Below are positions 15,459 to 30,700 of a DNA stretch of 64,000 bases, one piece after another (position 1 is the stretch's first letter; the number at the start of each line of letters is the position of its first letter). The notes under the pieces were generated by a model. That model was not told the DNA's origin, did not search any database, and was given only the letters and a program-made list of their open reading frames with translations. This stretch comes from Chrysomallon squamiferum. Its lineage: Eukaryota; Animalia; Mollusca. The position numbers and the translations under genes are program-made. Location of the stretch: the NCBI GenBank assembly GCA_012295275.1, contig CM022666.1, forward strand, positions 992,001-1,056,000. Reading direction: 5' to 3'.

Positions 15459-17100
15459 GTTCATCATTATCACCATTATTGTTATCATTATCATTAAGCT
15501 AATTTTATGTTATTAAAATTAATTTAAAAAAAAAAATAATAATAAAAAAAAATTATAATTCAATGAAAGACTAAACAAACTTTGCCACAAATAAATATAA
15601 TAAAAAAAGAAAGAAGGAAAGAAAAAGAAATTATAAAATTGTAATTTCATTTATTTATCAAATATTTCCAATAATATGATTCTGATAAAACCATTCTTAC
15701 CTTGATCTTGTTATTTTCATTTTACCCTATCTTCTGTTGAATAGTAATGAAATTTCACAAAAAAAAAAAAAAAAAAAAAAAAAAATTATGAAGAACTTGC
15801 ATGTGTAAAAAAAATCTTCAGGTTTAAAAATAATTATAATCTCAGTATTATGTGGCTGTTTGTGATCAAAAACTGTGTGAGAGATGTGTAATGATGTATC
15901 ATTGATTTTGTTTGTAACTTACTGTGAGTTAACACTGTTATTGTCACTTACCAAGATTACTTTTTAACACAGCCAGCTATCACCTTCTGTACAATACGTT
16001 TTGTTGTCTTGTTCATTGGTACTTTGACGTAAACACACACACTTTTTTTCTTTCTTTCTGGTTTTCTTTTTTTTTCATTCTTTCTGATTATTTCTTTTAT
16101 TCTTTCTGATTATTTTTTTATTCTTTTTGATTATTTTCTTTTATTCTTTCTGATTATTCTTTTATTCTTTTTCTTTTATTTTTAATTATTTTTCTTTCTT
16201 TTTGATTTTTAACATTTCTTTTTTTTCTAATTATTTTTCTTTCTGTTTAATTTTTCTTTTTTTTTTTTTTTTTTTCTTTCCTTCTTTCTGTTTAATTTTT
16301 CTTTCTTTTCTGATTATTTTTATCTTTCTTTCTTTCCTTCTTTCTATTTCTTTTTCTTTTCTTCTTTTTATTCATTCCTTCCTTTTGTTTATTTTTCTTT
16401 CATTATTTTAAAATTTTTGACAAATAAAGAATTTATTTATAAAATCTTGTACTAACTTAATACTTAAAATAATAAAAAAAAATTATTGTGATAACTTTAT
16501 AATCATAATAATAATTAAAATATAACAAATTTAAAAAAAAAAAAAAATAACAGAAGTAAATAAATAAATAAAAATAAATATAGAATAAAAACACAATGAT
16601 AAACATATACACATTGTAAAGAAAATCTGTGAGATTTAAAAATAACACAATTCTTGCTGCTTGGCTGACAAATTCAGATTTGCATGAGAGGTGACTTGAT
16701 AATGAAATATTGATTATGTTTGTAATAATTACATTTCACTGTGTGAGTTAATAATATTTTTATCTTTCATTGTTACTAAGGATTCAGTACAGTATATTTT
16801 TCTTATTTATCAACACCATCTGAATAGGGATGTTTTTTTTTTGAAAGAAATATTTTAGTTTATAATCTTTTTTTTTAACTCTGTGTGTGTGTGTGTGTGT
16901 GTTACCTGTTTCATTATCATATGTTGTTTTATTCTTCCATTTTCTGTCCATTTTCTGTTTTTCTTTATTATTTCTTTATTTCTTTTGTTTTTTTTTTTTT
17001 TTTCTTTTTTTAATTTTTTCTACAACATTAAAACAATATATTGGGTTGGCTATGACTGTTTATACAAGGTCCTTTGCTGCTAAAACAGTTTAACCTGTTG

Positions 17101-17159
<59 letters not shown>

Positions 17160-18254
17160 TACCACCCAACAAAACAACCAACCAAAAAAATTTAATAACA
17201 TTTCTTCTTTATGTAGCAGAGAAAAAAAAAAAAAAAAAAAAAAAAAAACCCATACAATCTGACAAAATATGTTTTTAACCTTGAAGTCTTTCCTAGAAAA
17301 CAAAACTTGAAGAACAAAATGAAAAAAACTAAATTAACAGTCACACCTTTTATTATGTTTCTTTGAACAACTGTGTAACCTGAGGGAATTGACTTTAAAA
17401 CATGATAATTATCTTGTAAAAAGAGTTCGAAAAAAGAGAATATGTTTTTAATTTTACAATATTTTTGCACTGTGATTTTATCTTCTTCCATAGCATTATT
17501 GGCCATTTTTTTTTTGTATCTGTTTTTATTTCTTTATCACTTGTTAATCTGTGCGTGTAGTTTTCCTGATTAAGACACAGAATTGTTTGTTCCACCAAGC
17601 TATATTTGTTTTATCAAAGGCTGTGAAAAAATTATATATATATATATATACACTTCCTTTCAGCTGATTGATAAGAAAAACATATATATGAAGTGTTGGC
17701 AACCCTTTTTCATATTTTGAGTTCTTCGTTGACTGTTACAATCATCATTATGAGCATGATCATCATTATCATCATCATCTCCAGTAATAATTATTACATT
17801 AAAATATGTTGAGGTATTGTTAAACATACATTTAGTCATGTTATTCATTCATTCTTTCTTTCTTTCCTTCTTGCTTTCATCTATCCATTTATCCATTCAT
17901 TCATTCATCTATCCACTTATGCATTCATGTATTCATCTATTCATTCATTTATTCATCATTCATGCAGTCATGGTTGATGAGTATAAATAAATAAAGATGG
18001 TCAACAGTTTTGTATGTAAACAGTAATTTCTGTGTGTATTTGTGGTCATGTAACTGATGCTGTAGGTTCCACTGGGAGTATTTTAACATCATGTTTGTCA
18101 CAAAAATAAAAGTATGCTGATTCTTAGTGCATTGGCTTTTATGAAGAGAAGAAAAAAAAATAGTGGAATCAATAAAAACTCTTCTAGAACAGAACATTCA
18201 CTGGGGAGTTTTCTAACAACAGAATGCAAATGAGTTTCTGAGTGTTTTTGTGTG

Positions 18255-18345
<91 letters not shown>

Positions 18346-18378
18346 CAGAGACAGACTTGCAGAGACAGATATAGAGTT

Positions 18379-18409
<31 letters not shown>

Positions 18410-18764
18410 TAGATAGACTTACAGAGAGAGTGATAGAGAGAGACAGACAGAGAGAAATAGAGAGACTATTTCCACCTGTTCCAAAAATACAAAATAACTG
18501 ATTCTATGAGAGTATAGAAACAAAATCTGTGTTTTTAAAACCCAAGTAAACACTAATTTTCTGTTTAATATCCTCCTGCATAGTGCCTGTATTTAATATT
18601 TGTTTTTTCTGTTAACGTTATTTTCCAGTTTCTGTTTTATATCTCTGTATCATTTGTTAAAGACACTTTTAACGTACTTAGATTTATTTTATTTTTTATT
18701 CTGTCTGCCAGTGAGATATTATAAATAATTTCACAGAATACAACTGTTACAACTGTTACAATTA

Positions 18765-19745
18765 ATTTCTAAACCAGTTAAAATCTGATTTACTATAAAT
18801 TAAAATCTTCTGTTCTTTGAACATCTGTCATTGTTATTGTTTTACATTTTATTTTCATCAAAATCCTATTTCATCTATTACCATTAATTCCTAAATGAGT
18901 TAAATTCTGATTTACATTGATTAATAAATGCCTCAAAATGTCAATGGTATTTTAAAAATATTTCCTTCTTTTAATTTAATACAAATTCTGTTAAAATAAT
19001 TGTCATTAATTCCTAAATTAGTTAAATTCTAATGCATTTGAATAAAAACCTCCTTTGTTTCAAACAATCAGTTTTATTTCTTAAATAATTTCTTGATTAT
19101 GCTTGAATAAAATCCTATTTTAAATATTATAATTCCTAAATAAACTAAATACAAAATTAATATGAATACAAACCTCCTATAATTTCATTATCAGTATTAT
19201 TTCTACTATCAACTATTAACTATTATCAGTAGTTCTTCCTAAACAAGTTAAAATTGCAATTTACTATAAATAAAAACCTCCTATCCTTCAAACCAGTTTC
19301 ATTATCAGCATTATTTCAATACATTTATTACAAATCCTATATCAGCTTTTGCAGTTAATTTCTAAACAAAGTAAATTCAAATTTACTATGAATAAAAACC
19401 TCCTATCCTTCAAACCAATTCCATTATCAGCATTATTTCAATACATTTATTACAAATCCTATATCAGCTTTTGCAGTTAATTTCTAAACAAAGTAAATTC
19501 CAATTTACTATGAATTATAAAACCTCCTATCCTTTAAACCAATTTCACTATCAGCATTGTTTATTTCAAAACCTACATCAACAGTTGCAGCTAGTTCCTA
19601 AACAAGTTAAAATTCCAATTCACCATGAATAAAAAAAAAAACCCCATCCAATTCTTTAAACCCATTTCATTATCAGTATTATTTCCATCCGAAAACTATC
19701 ATCATTAATTCCTAAACAAGTTAACTTCCAGTTTACCACAAATAA
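18765..19745. repeat. Diverged ~120-bp tandem repeat, about 8 copies
   Basis: Recurrent ctaaacaagttaaa...tttactatgaataaaaacctcctat at roughly 120-bp spacing. The copies at about 19240-19560 are near-identical. Confidence 0.8.
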
Positions 19746-19809
19746 TAATAATAATAATAAAAAACCCACCAAAAACAACCAACTCCTGTTCTTCAAAACC
19801 ATTCTCTTG

Positions 19810-20256
19810 TCCACATGTATTTCCTCCTAACAGTGGACTCACTCACTCACTCGGAGTCTATTCACGACACAAGACTTCTGTACGAGAAGGTATTGCTAAT
19901 AGCTGCATTAAAAAGTCACATCCTGGGCCACACACACACATCACACAGACTCCTCCGTCAGCGATTTACAAACACTGTTTACAGTCCAGCTTCTCGTGCG
20001 TTTCTTCCATCACTCCACCACAGTCTCCCCTGCATTGTTCCCGTGTTCAGTCAATTTCGGAGCTGATTAGATGTGGATTAAATGAAGTCATCGAGGGACA
20101 AATTTGGACGTGTGTGCGACTGAGTGGACGCTGCACATAAGAGTGCTGGTTTTTATTATTTTATTTTATTTTTTATTATTTTGGTGAAGAAGCATGGAGT
20201 CTTCTTTTTCTTTGCTCCGTTGTTCGTGGGAATTTGATCGCGTGTAAAATTGTTTT
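19810..20256 (+). promoter_or_regulatory. CpG-enriched segment, candidate internal promoter/5' UTR
   Basis: Many CG dinucleotides in an otherwise CpG-poor, AT-rich intron. Contains TCAGT initiator-like words, CGTGGGAA (CSL/Su(H) consensus) at 20225-20232 and a 17-codon uORF at 20194-20247. Confidence 0.5.
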
Positions 20257-20318
20257 ATGGTGAAAAAAAAGAAGAAAAAGGTGTGTTTTGCATTCATGGA
20301 TAATCGGTGCGAGAAAAG
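20257..20318 (+). CDS. CASK: Coding part of a candidate alternative first exon: MVKKKKKKVCFAFMDNRCEK(S)
   Basis: First ATG after an in-frame TAA (20245-20247), with a second ATG at 20296. It ends AAAAG|GTAAAT in phase 2, which fits the 41746 acceptor, at the 3' end of a CpG-rich segment. Confidence 0.55.
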
Positions 20319-20875
20319 GTAAATAGGTTTTTGTGTTTTAAATTATTGGCTTGTTATTAGTTTGTGAGTTAAATTAGTGGCTTGTTAATTTTGTGTGTTA
20401 AATTATTGGCTTATTAATTGTGTATTAAGTTATTCGCTTATTAATTTGGTGTTAAATTATTGGCTTATTAATTTTGTATTAAATTATTGGTTTGTAAAGT
20501 TGAGCTGGGAGGTTTTGATACAAATTATTACTATGGTGTGTGTGTGTGTGTGTGTGTGTGTCATCAGCATTGTTGATTTTGTTTATTGCTATATAATTTG
20601 ATAATGATGGTAATGCTAATAATCTCAATAGAGTCCTACAAGTGCTTCAGAACTTTTACTCTAATATCAGTTTGTGTGTGATCCCAGCCAGATATTTGAA
20701 TTTATATATATATTTTATTTACCATTATTTAATTTATTCATTCTTACAGAAATAAGTAAACTACTGATATACTTGTGTATGTGCATTAATACACTTCATT
20801 TAAATACTTGCACTTTCTTTTCTTTCTTTCTGTCTCCTCATTTTTGCTCTCTGTCTCTCTCTCTCTTTCTCTGTC

Positions 20876-20947
<72 letters not shown>

Positions 20948-21208
20948 ACTATCTTACCACCTACCTCTGCTAAGTCATCATTTTGTCTTTATTTTTCACT
21001 TCTGTCTTGGAATTATCTTATTTCTGCTTGTCTGTGGTATCAGCAGATAATGAACAGATAGCAGGTTCATATACAAAGTAATTACTGTGTGTCTTGTGAT
21101 GTAATAGGTGATGTAACAAGATTTTAAATCTTAACACTGTCTGAATAAAGACAGCATTTTAGAGATGAAATATTGACACACATATATTGAGAGAGATACA
21201 GGAAGCAA

Positions 21209-21272
<64 letters not shown>

Positions 21273-23595
21273 CATGAAAAAGAGATAAAGAAAAAAGGAC
21301 ATACAGACACACATATATTTATAGACAGACATATAGACATACACTTACAGAACAAGAGAGAAAAAGAGAGAAACTAAAATAAAATAAAAAAAATTTTTAT
21401 TAATAATAAAAAACGGAGAAAAAGATAAATATCTTTCTTCCTGTTTATGGAAATAATAAAAAAAAAAAAAAAAAAATCAATGGTTCACTGAAGGAGAACA
21501 TATATTCATCAAACTGTTTTGTTTTATTTCAACAAGGAGCACTTACAATATTTTTATGGGGCTTGAAATCGCAGACCAGTGTCATACCTTACAAGCTGCA
21601 CCCAATACTTTTTCTACTCTATTCTTTGTAAATTGGTTTTTTGTATTTGACATTTTCTGCAGATTCATAATCAACATCACCAGCACTCTTGGTTTTCAAA
21701 TTACACAGCAGTCTGTGTGACAGCCAAGCAATATATACAGATGATCTTTACAGAGTCTTACCTTGTTTTACTCCACAACAAATTATTTTTTGTTCATGAC
21801 ATACGTGCATAAATATTGATTGAGTTCACAGTTGTTTTGGAATGGTTTTGGAAGATCACGAAGTGTTAAATTTTATTTTTGTTTGTGAAATATGCATATC
21901 AATAAATATTGACGAGTTTAGGGCGTTTGAATGGCTTGGAAAAAGAGAAGTGAAAAATTTATTTTTGTTTTTGTTTCATGAATGTTCATATAATTTAGTG
22001 GTTTTTTTTTTTAAGAACTGTTCTGTCTATATTGTGTTTGTTTATGAAATATATATATTTGAATATTGAATAGTGTCATATCTTTGAAGATGGGGTATGT
22101 AATTTAATCATTATTGACATCAGTTTTTTTCAGTTTCTTTTTTTTTTTACAATTTTTAAATAAATTTTATTTGTGTTTATGAGATATTTTTCAATGTTGA
22201 TAATGAAATAGTGTTCATAAACGCTTTGTTCTTGTCATTTTATAAAATAAAATGATAGTATAGGATACTTTACTTTTATTTTTTATTATTATTATTTTTA
22301 AAAAGATTGTAGAGAATATTATGTAAAAGTCAAGTTATAAACTAATTTTAAAACATTAATATATAAGATATGGAAGTCACAGTTTATAAAATCAAATGAT
22401 TTTGTATCATGCCATTTTGATACCTTTTAACTGCGACAATGTTTTTTCCTTTCTTTCTTTCTTTTTCTTTTTCTTTCTTTCATATTTTTCTTCCTTATTA
22501 TTTTTTAAAGTGACAAATAAAAAATATATATATATATATATATATATTTATATTTCAGATTTGTAATATCATAGATGATCTTTGAGTCTTAGGATATGAC
22601 ATTTATAATTGAATGACCTAATGCTTTTACCTACCATTTTGATACGTATTATATTTAGTATACATTTTCCTATTTTTAAATTTTTTTCTTCTTCTTTTTT
22701 TTTTAGAGATCTATGTTTATTATAGATAAAGATGTGATGCAGTGTTGCCATTTTAAACCTATTTAACTCAATAACAAATTATTTTTTGTACATGAACAGT
22801 GTGATATTGATTAAGTGAGAGTATTTTAAGATGACTGGCTGATTGATGTTGTAACATTAATAAATTAATATCGTTACAGTGTTTTAGATAATAAAACATG
22901 GTAAAAGAAAAAGATGTTTAACAAACAAACAACGATAACTATAACAACAACAATAAAAAAAAAAGAGAGAGATAATAAAGGGACAAAAATCAATGACAAA
23001 TAAGAATTAAGAAAATAAAGAAAATTATAATAACCTTAATGTGTTTTCATAGCATTTGTTCTTCTTCTTGTGGAAAAAAAACAACAAAAAAACCAAAAAA
23101 AACCCCAATATATATATATATAATAATAATAAATATATAAAAAATAAATAAAAATTAGGTGAAAAAATTTAAATTTAATCTACCCTTACCAAATGAGTCT
23201 TTTGAACTGTTTGTTCTGTGGAATCACATTTCTTTGTAATTTGTTTGATTCATTTTCATTTTCAGTTTGTTCAGCTTTTAAAAAAAAAATTTCTTTCATG
23301 ATAATGAACCCTGCTGTGTGTTGTTTTTTCATGTCTAATTCCAGAGAGCATTTTCCTACAAGGCATCTGCATTATTATTCTGATTTTTGAAAATTAACAA
23401 GGAAATTAGAATAAAAAAACTGAACTAATTTCAGAAAACTTCAAAGTAAGAATTTCTTTTTTGATATACATTAACAGAAACAACCTAATGATGTCATATA
23501 GCTTTCATTTTTATTTTTATTTTTTTATTTTTTTATCTCTCTCTCTCTCTCTCTATATGTGTGTGTATATGTATGTATGTGTGTGTATGTGTATG

Positions 23596-23634
<39 letters not shown>

Positions 23635-23855
23635 TATATATATATATAAGATTTTAATAATTAAATTGAATAAGGTCCAAATAATTGTTTTTAATGCTTT
23701 GAGAATGTTTAGGCATTAGGTACTACTGGTAGAAAAGAGAAATAACCCTAGTAATAACTGATCTTGTCATTATGATCATGGTGATATACTAATATATATT
23801 TATTTAGTTATTTATTTATTTATTTTTATTATTATTATTATTATTATTTTATTTT

Positions 23856-23890
<35 letters not shown>

Positions 23891-24784
23891 TTTTATTGTT
23901 GTTATTATTTATTATTGTTGTTGTTGTTGTTATTATTTTACAGTTATTAATTTTCTGTTGGAGTAAATATGGTAACTGTCTTTGAAATGTCCAGTTCTCT
24001 GTTTTCAGCTGGTGACATTGTTCAAGATTACCAGATTGTTACTTTAACAGTAAATTGTTCTTTGTGCCTAACTTAATCTCTTTTTGTTTATTATCAGTAA
24101 AAACTGGTAAATATGTAAATAGATATATGTAAAAAGATGTTTAGAATTTGTTTGATTCTTTTTCTGAAAAGTCTAAACGTTTACAAACTGTAAAATTATT
24201 AATAAATAAATGAATGAATATATATTATAGTGATAATAGTCATAATGTATAATAATTTCAAAAACAAAAATTACAGTAACAAATATTTTAAGGAAAAAAA
24301 AAAGGAAGCAGATTTGATTAAGAAAGAATGAAAAAAAGAAAATATAAAGTCAAGAAGAAGAACAACAAAAATGGTGTGATGTAAATTTTAACTAAATAAC
24401 AAAAGAAATTTTAAAAAGTCTGATATCAACAAATGATTGATTATCATTATGAAGATTTCCAAATTAAAAAAATTAAAAATAAATAAAACATCTGTATGTG
24501 TTTACCAGTGACATTGTGAAGTGTATTTTTTGTTTCTAAGAAGGATTACTGCAGCTTAATGTTAGAGCTTTGTACTTCTGATCCTTTATGTCATCTTAGC
24601 TTTTTACTTTTTTAATGGATTTTTCTTTTTAAAATTTTTGTATTTTTGTTTTTTTAATTTGAAGAACATCTCTGCTTATCTTTTTTTTTTTTCAATTAAT
24701 TTTTTCTTTCAAATTTCTTTTTCTTTTTTAAAATTTGTTCTTTCTTTTTTCTGTTTCATTTTTGTTTTTCATTTATTTATTTTT

Positions 24785-24815
<31 letters not shown>

Positions 24816-26163
24816 TTATTCAAGCATATATATTATGCTAAGAAGTCAGTGTTAGTCTTCAGAACAAAACCTTTAATGAATATAAATGTTTTTTTTTATT
24901 TTTATTGAATAAATTCTACAATTAAATGATTCATAAATGTTATTTTATTATTTTTAAATTTTTCTGTTACCTTGTATATTACAATTTTAGTAATATAGTT
25001 TTCATTTTGTCTGTTAAGTAAAAACACTTTCTTTTTTTATATAATGCTGAATAAAAGGAACTTTTTCAGTTTATTATGTCCATGAATTCCTTTAAAGTAG
25101 AAATGTTTCCTTTTATCTGAAATTCTTAATAAAAACACCATTAAGTTATAACTAATATATTCTGTTTATTAATATATCCATATTTTTTTATAACGAAAAG
25201 ATATTTTTTGTTACCTGCAAATCTTTACCATTAGCTAATATTTTCTACTTATTAACATGAATTTCTATACAAAGTAAAAATATTTTCTCTTACCTGAACA
25301 TTTGAATAGATTTCTATTAACTAATATTTTTTGTTCCATATTTTTATAATATATTATATATATATATATATATCCATCAGTTTCTTCTGTCATATATAAA
25401 CAATATCTGTTATTTGACATTTTTTTATCGTGTACTAACGTCTTTTGTTAATAAATATATCCAGTAATTTTGCAATTAAATGAGAAATATTTTCTGAAAT
25501 ACTGACTCAGTTACTTTATTATCTAATATTTTTCCCATTAAGATATATAATTTCTTCATTAAGTAAGAGTGATTTCAGTTATTTGAAATATTGAATAATT
25601 TCTGCCATTATCTAACATTTTCTCATTCACTTGGCTATTTTTGTTGTTAAAAATACTGTTCTACTAATATTTTCTGATCTCTATTACTAATTTATAGTAT
25701 TTAATATAACCAGTAACCTTTCTGTTGTTTTGAAAATATTTTCTGTTTTTCAAATGTTGAAGAAATATAGGCAGTGTCTGATATTTTTTATTACTTGAAA
25801 TCTTTTTTATTTTTTATTTTTCTTGTTTTGTCTTGTTTATATATTTTGTATTATTTTTTTGTCCCTGATGTATACCAAAGGATGAATTATTTTATATTTA
25901 CTGTTACTTTCATTTTTGCCAGTATTAACAGCAATAGCCAGTTTTAAATTTTCATTTCTTTTTGTGATGATTTTGGTTTATGACTGAATCTTCTGTTCTC
26001 TGTATCAGTTTCTTATTTCACAGTGCAGTAGTTAGTCGTTTGTAACTGCAATGATTTATCAGTCTTTAGAGCAAGACTAATATTTTTTTTTTTTTTAATG
26101 TAAAATATGTCAGTATTGTGAGTAAAAGATATTGTTTTAGCAAGGCTTTTATATTGCTTATCT

Positions 26164-26229
<66 letters not shown>

Positions 26230-26884
26230 CACATTTAATTAGTTACATGAAGATACATAGATAACACACTTACTTACACCCACACACAAAATAAACCCAT
26301 ACACTACACACATACTCACACACGGAGAGACATCAGTGTGGACAAACAGTTAATACATACATGAATTAATGTGAGTGAACACTGAACAAATTATATAATA
26401 AAATTTTACAACTGTCTTTATAGCTGTCTTGTTCTTTCAATACCCAATCTGCAGCAGCATTCTTGATTTCAGATTCAGTTTTTATACAACACAGAGACAA
26501 CTACACTACACTGCAGTTATCTTCAAACTAAATATTTATTTCATTTAAAAAAAAGTTAAATTTTTCATTCTTTAAACAGACTTTAATTCTCATCATTCCG
26601 TTTGGTTGGTTAAGAATCTTCCATAAATCTTGACATATTTCTCTCTTCCTTCTTGATTTTCATTGTTCAGCAGATGTGTAATATTTGTCAGATAGTTTTA
26701 GTTTGGTTACACCAATCACACAATTTAGATTCTGATTCTGTGGGTAAACAGAGCTTTGAAGATAATTTCTGAGTCCAGAATACCTCTTCTAATAGAAGAT
26801 CCATTTGTGTTACTTAGTGAACAAGTCTTTCAGGTCTTGTGACGTCATTGAACCTGTCTCAGTTGTGTTTTATTCTAGTCAGAG

Positions 26885-27560
26885 CTGCAGTCACTGGAAA
26901 TCATCTCTTTTTAGAATTCATTATGTGACTGTTGTTGATTTTTGTTATTTTAGTTTTATGTTTATCTCTTCTAGCTGGCTTTTGAATCACTGGAAATCAT
27001 CTCTTTTTAGAAATCATCATGTAATCATTGTTTTTTTATATCTTATAGTTGGTTTTTTCTGTCTGTGCATTGTACTGTCATCACTGGAAATCATTCAGTT
27101 TTAGAAATCATTATGTAACAGATGTTGTATATTTTTGTTATTTTAGTGATTCTGTTTTAATAATAGTGGCTGAAATGATCATGTAATGATTGTTTGGTTT
27201 TTGTTATTTTAGTTGTTTTAATTTTATTTCTTCTGGCTGCTGTTTCACTCCATAGTGCAATCACTGGAAATCACTTTGCAATCTTTGTTGGGTTTTTTTG
27301 TTTTAGTTGTTCTGTTTGAATTTTTATTTCTCCTAGCTGGGTTTTTGGTCAAAAGACAGTTTTTCTGCATTACTATACTGAAAAATTGTGTCATTTTTTT
27401 TCTTTCTTTTGTTTTAGAAATCATTTGTAATGATTGTTGGTTTTTTTTTTTTTAGTTGTTTGATTTTTATACCTTCTAGATGAGGTTTCAGTTTCAAGCT
27501 GATTTTCTTCCATTGCTATCACTGGAAATTATTCTGTTCATTATTTTTTTTAGAATCTTA
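26885..27560. repeat. Degenerate tandem repeat with core tcactggaaatca...ttttagaaatcat...ttttgttattttagtt
   Basis: The core recurs at about 26891, 26987, 27081, 27261 and 27519. Confidence 0.7.
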
Positions 27561-27708
27561 GAACTTCTTTTTCTGTGTAATTATTGTTGGTTTTTGCTGG
27601 GTTTTTTGTTCTGTTTCAGAAGATGGTTTGCATTTACTGACAACACTGGACATTTTTGTGTCATTTTTTTTTTTTTAATCGTTCAGAATTAAAATTTCTT
27701 TTAGTAAT

Positions 27709-27792
<84 letters not shown>

Positions 27793-30700
27793 CCTCTATT
27801 CTTTTTCTTCTTTTCCTTTATTCTTGTTTTTTATTTTATTTGTTTTTTTTTTTTTATAAATTGTATAATCATTAATAATTTTTTTTTATATCATTTTTGT
27901 TTGAGTTTTTATTGTCCAGCAGACATTTTCAGTTGAAAATGATTTACTTGTATCTTCTTCTTCTACTTCTTCTTTTCTTTTTTCCTTGTCCTTTTAGAAT
28001 ATTAAAACCTCAGTTTATTTCTCAGTCACTTGTTTTTTTGTTTTTTTTTGTTGTATGAAAGTTAAAAGAATGTACTGTCATATAGTTTTCTGATATTTTT
28101 TTTCTTTCTCTTTTGCAATGTCATCAAGCAATAACTTTTTTTCATTTGAAGACATTTTTCATATATTACAGATACATACTGAAAATTAATACTGACTTCA
28201 CTGAGAATTCTATCAATTGTGGCAGCAGCCTTTTGGCCTGAAAACACAATTTTCTTAACACAGCAATTACTGAAAGTTTAAACAAATAATATTTCTTAAT
28301 GCTTTAAGGTTTATCGTTTTTTATATTTAAAACCTTTTTCTTTCTTTCTTTTATCTGCTAAAAAGCCTCTTTGAATCTGAAGATTTTGCTTACTTGTATT
28401 TTACTAGATGTTATAAATCAGTGGTTCTTAACCTTTTATTTAAATAATGAATTTTTTAATTTTGGGTTCTGTTATCTTTTATATTATAACAGGGTTATAA
28501 TGAATTATGTAGTGTAGTTTTAGACATCAGTAAGTTTTAAATATGTAGCTGTCACTCTTTGTTATAAATGATGTTAAAAGATCACTAATGGTGTGGTTTC
28601 TCACACTATCAGTTCTTCTCATTGCTTATTAGTGCTTTATTTAACAATGGTATAGGCTTATCTGTTTATGAAGAGGTGCATATAAAAGATTATTTACTGT
28701 TAAGTGTTAATTTTGTTTTTATTTATTTATTTTTACTAATAAACTCAAATTTGTGTTCATGTATATTTATCTGGACATTGTTTATATCTGCTGGATTCAG
28801 ATAAAAAAAAAAAAAAAAGATGATTTTGGATCCATTACCTAAACCTCTGAAAATGAGCATCAATTTGTAAATTCCGCACCATTTAATACAATTAAATTTA
28901 TGAATACATAAATAAACCCAATTTTATACACACTACTGATGGTCTGCTCATAAACATTTCTAATACAAGAAAATACAATAACCATAAACTTTCCTCAATT
29001 TTTTTTTTTATTAGGATCAGATACCAGCATTTGATTCTCCTTCATGTTGTTCTTAAAGACAGTAGTCTAATCATTTAATCTGCAAAACTATTACAAACAT
29101 ACAGTTAAAGTTTCAGATTTTATCTTTATATTATTTTATATGGTTTATGTATGTTTCAGTATAAATTTCAGTCAATATATTTTATTGTCCTTCTATACAG
29201 AGAAATAAATGCAGTTATGATGTTGGATATTTTTGACAGCTGAGTTACTGGTAGCTATTCTGCAGTTTGAATTGGCTTCTCTGCAACCAGCATCTGGCAA
29301 AGACTGGTAGCAATACTGTAATGAAATTTCTCCATTAGATGACAGAATATCAGTAGGGGGTACATTTTAACACTTTTTACTTTTTTTTAATTCAGAACAT
29401 GTGGTATGAGTTATTTTATGCTGGAAGTTTTTTTTGAACGGTTCAGGATTTGAAAAAAGGGGGAATAAGTGCATTTTAACTATGTTTTATAATCAACAGT
29501 TCTTTTTTGTCATAAATCAAAAATGAATATATATAAAGATGCAATAGAAATAAGCACCAGTTATTAGCAACAAGGTTTGTTTTAGACGTGCCTTCCCACA
29601 GACAGGAAGATAATCAAGGGCAATTGATAAACCAGCCCCCCTAACTAATTTTTGAAAGACTTTGCTATGGGAAGGTGCATATTAATCATTACTTTTTGCT
29701 AATAAGAAAGAACAGGTTATTAGGTGGCAGCATGGCCTTTTCTCTCATCATGATGTGTCATCAATGGTGTATTGAATAGAGAGACAGAGAGGTATGGATA
29801 AAACTCAGTAGATGTGTTTGGCTGAATCGGGGTTAATAGTTGGGTTGTTAAGTATATTTTGCATTAACTGTCTGTTTTGTGTGGAATAAGTGCCAAGTTA
29901 TCAGACACCAGCATGATGTATTGAGAAATAAAAGAAGTTATTGCTCAAATCACCTTTCCACTGCCTGCTATTTTACGTTATTTATTCTTTTAGGAGCAGC
30001 AGTTTAACAAATGGCTGGACCACATGAAGAAATTTTATTTGTGCATTTTTTAAATAAGGCTGTGAGTGGTTTTGTGTGCAGTGGGTTTTTAAAAAAAAAC
30101 AGAAAAAAAGACAGAAATTTGGTTTAATGTTGAAGTCAGGGTTGATGGTGACATAGAGAGTTTTTTTTTATTTATGCACATAAATAGTAAAGTTAGAGTT
30201 AGAGTTGTTATTTCCTCACCCATCTGTGTTCCTTGTTCACCTTCTTTATCATCTTGAATATTGGAATTTTTAAAATTTAAATTTCCTTTTTCTACTTCTT
30301 TCTTTTAAAACATGTTGTGTTATTTTTATTACAATTATTTCTTTTTAATTAATATTTATAAAAAATAAAATTGATATTCCTGCCATAATGTCATGTACTT
30401 GATTTTTTTATTTTTATTTTTTTAAATTTTATTTCAGTTTTTTTATTATTTTTTTAAAATACCAGTTTTCTTTGCTGTTCAGTTACCTGAGATTTTGACT
30501 TACACTCTAAAAAAGATAAAAAATTACAGTTAATTTTGTGAAAGTTGAAATTTCCTGTTCATAACACAGTTACATATTATTTAATTTCCTTCTATGTCAG
30601 TATAAAGCATTATTAAATAAAGATTAATTTATTAAGTATTGATTTTAATAATAAGACAAATTCTTTGTTGGCAACATAATAATCAATACTGCAGTTGAAT

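Noticed and set aside
19815-20066. 83-aa ORF in the CpG-rich segment
   Set aside because: No recognisable protein features; better explained as promoter/5' UTR sequence.
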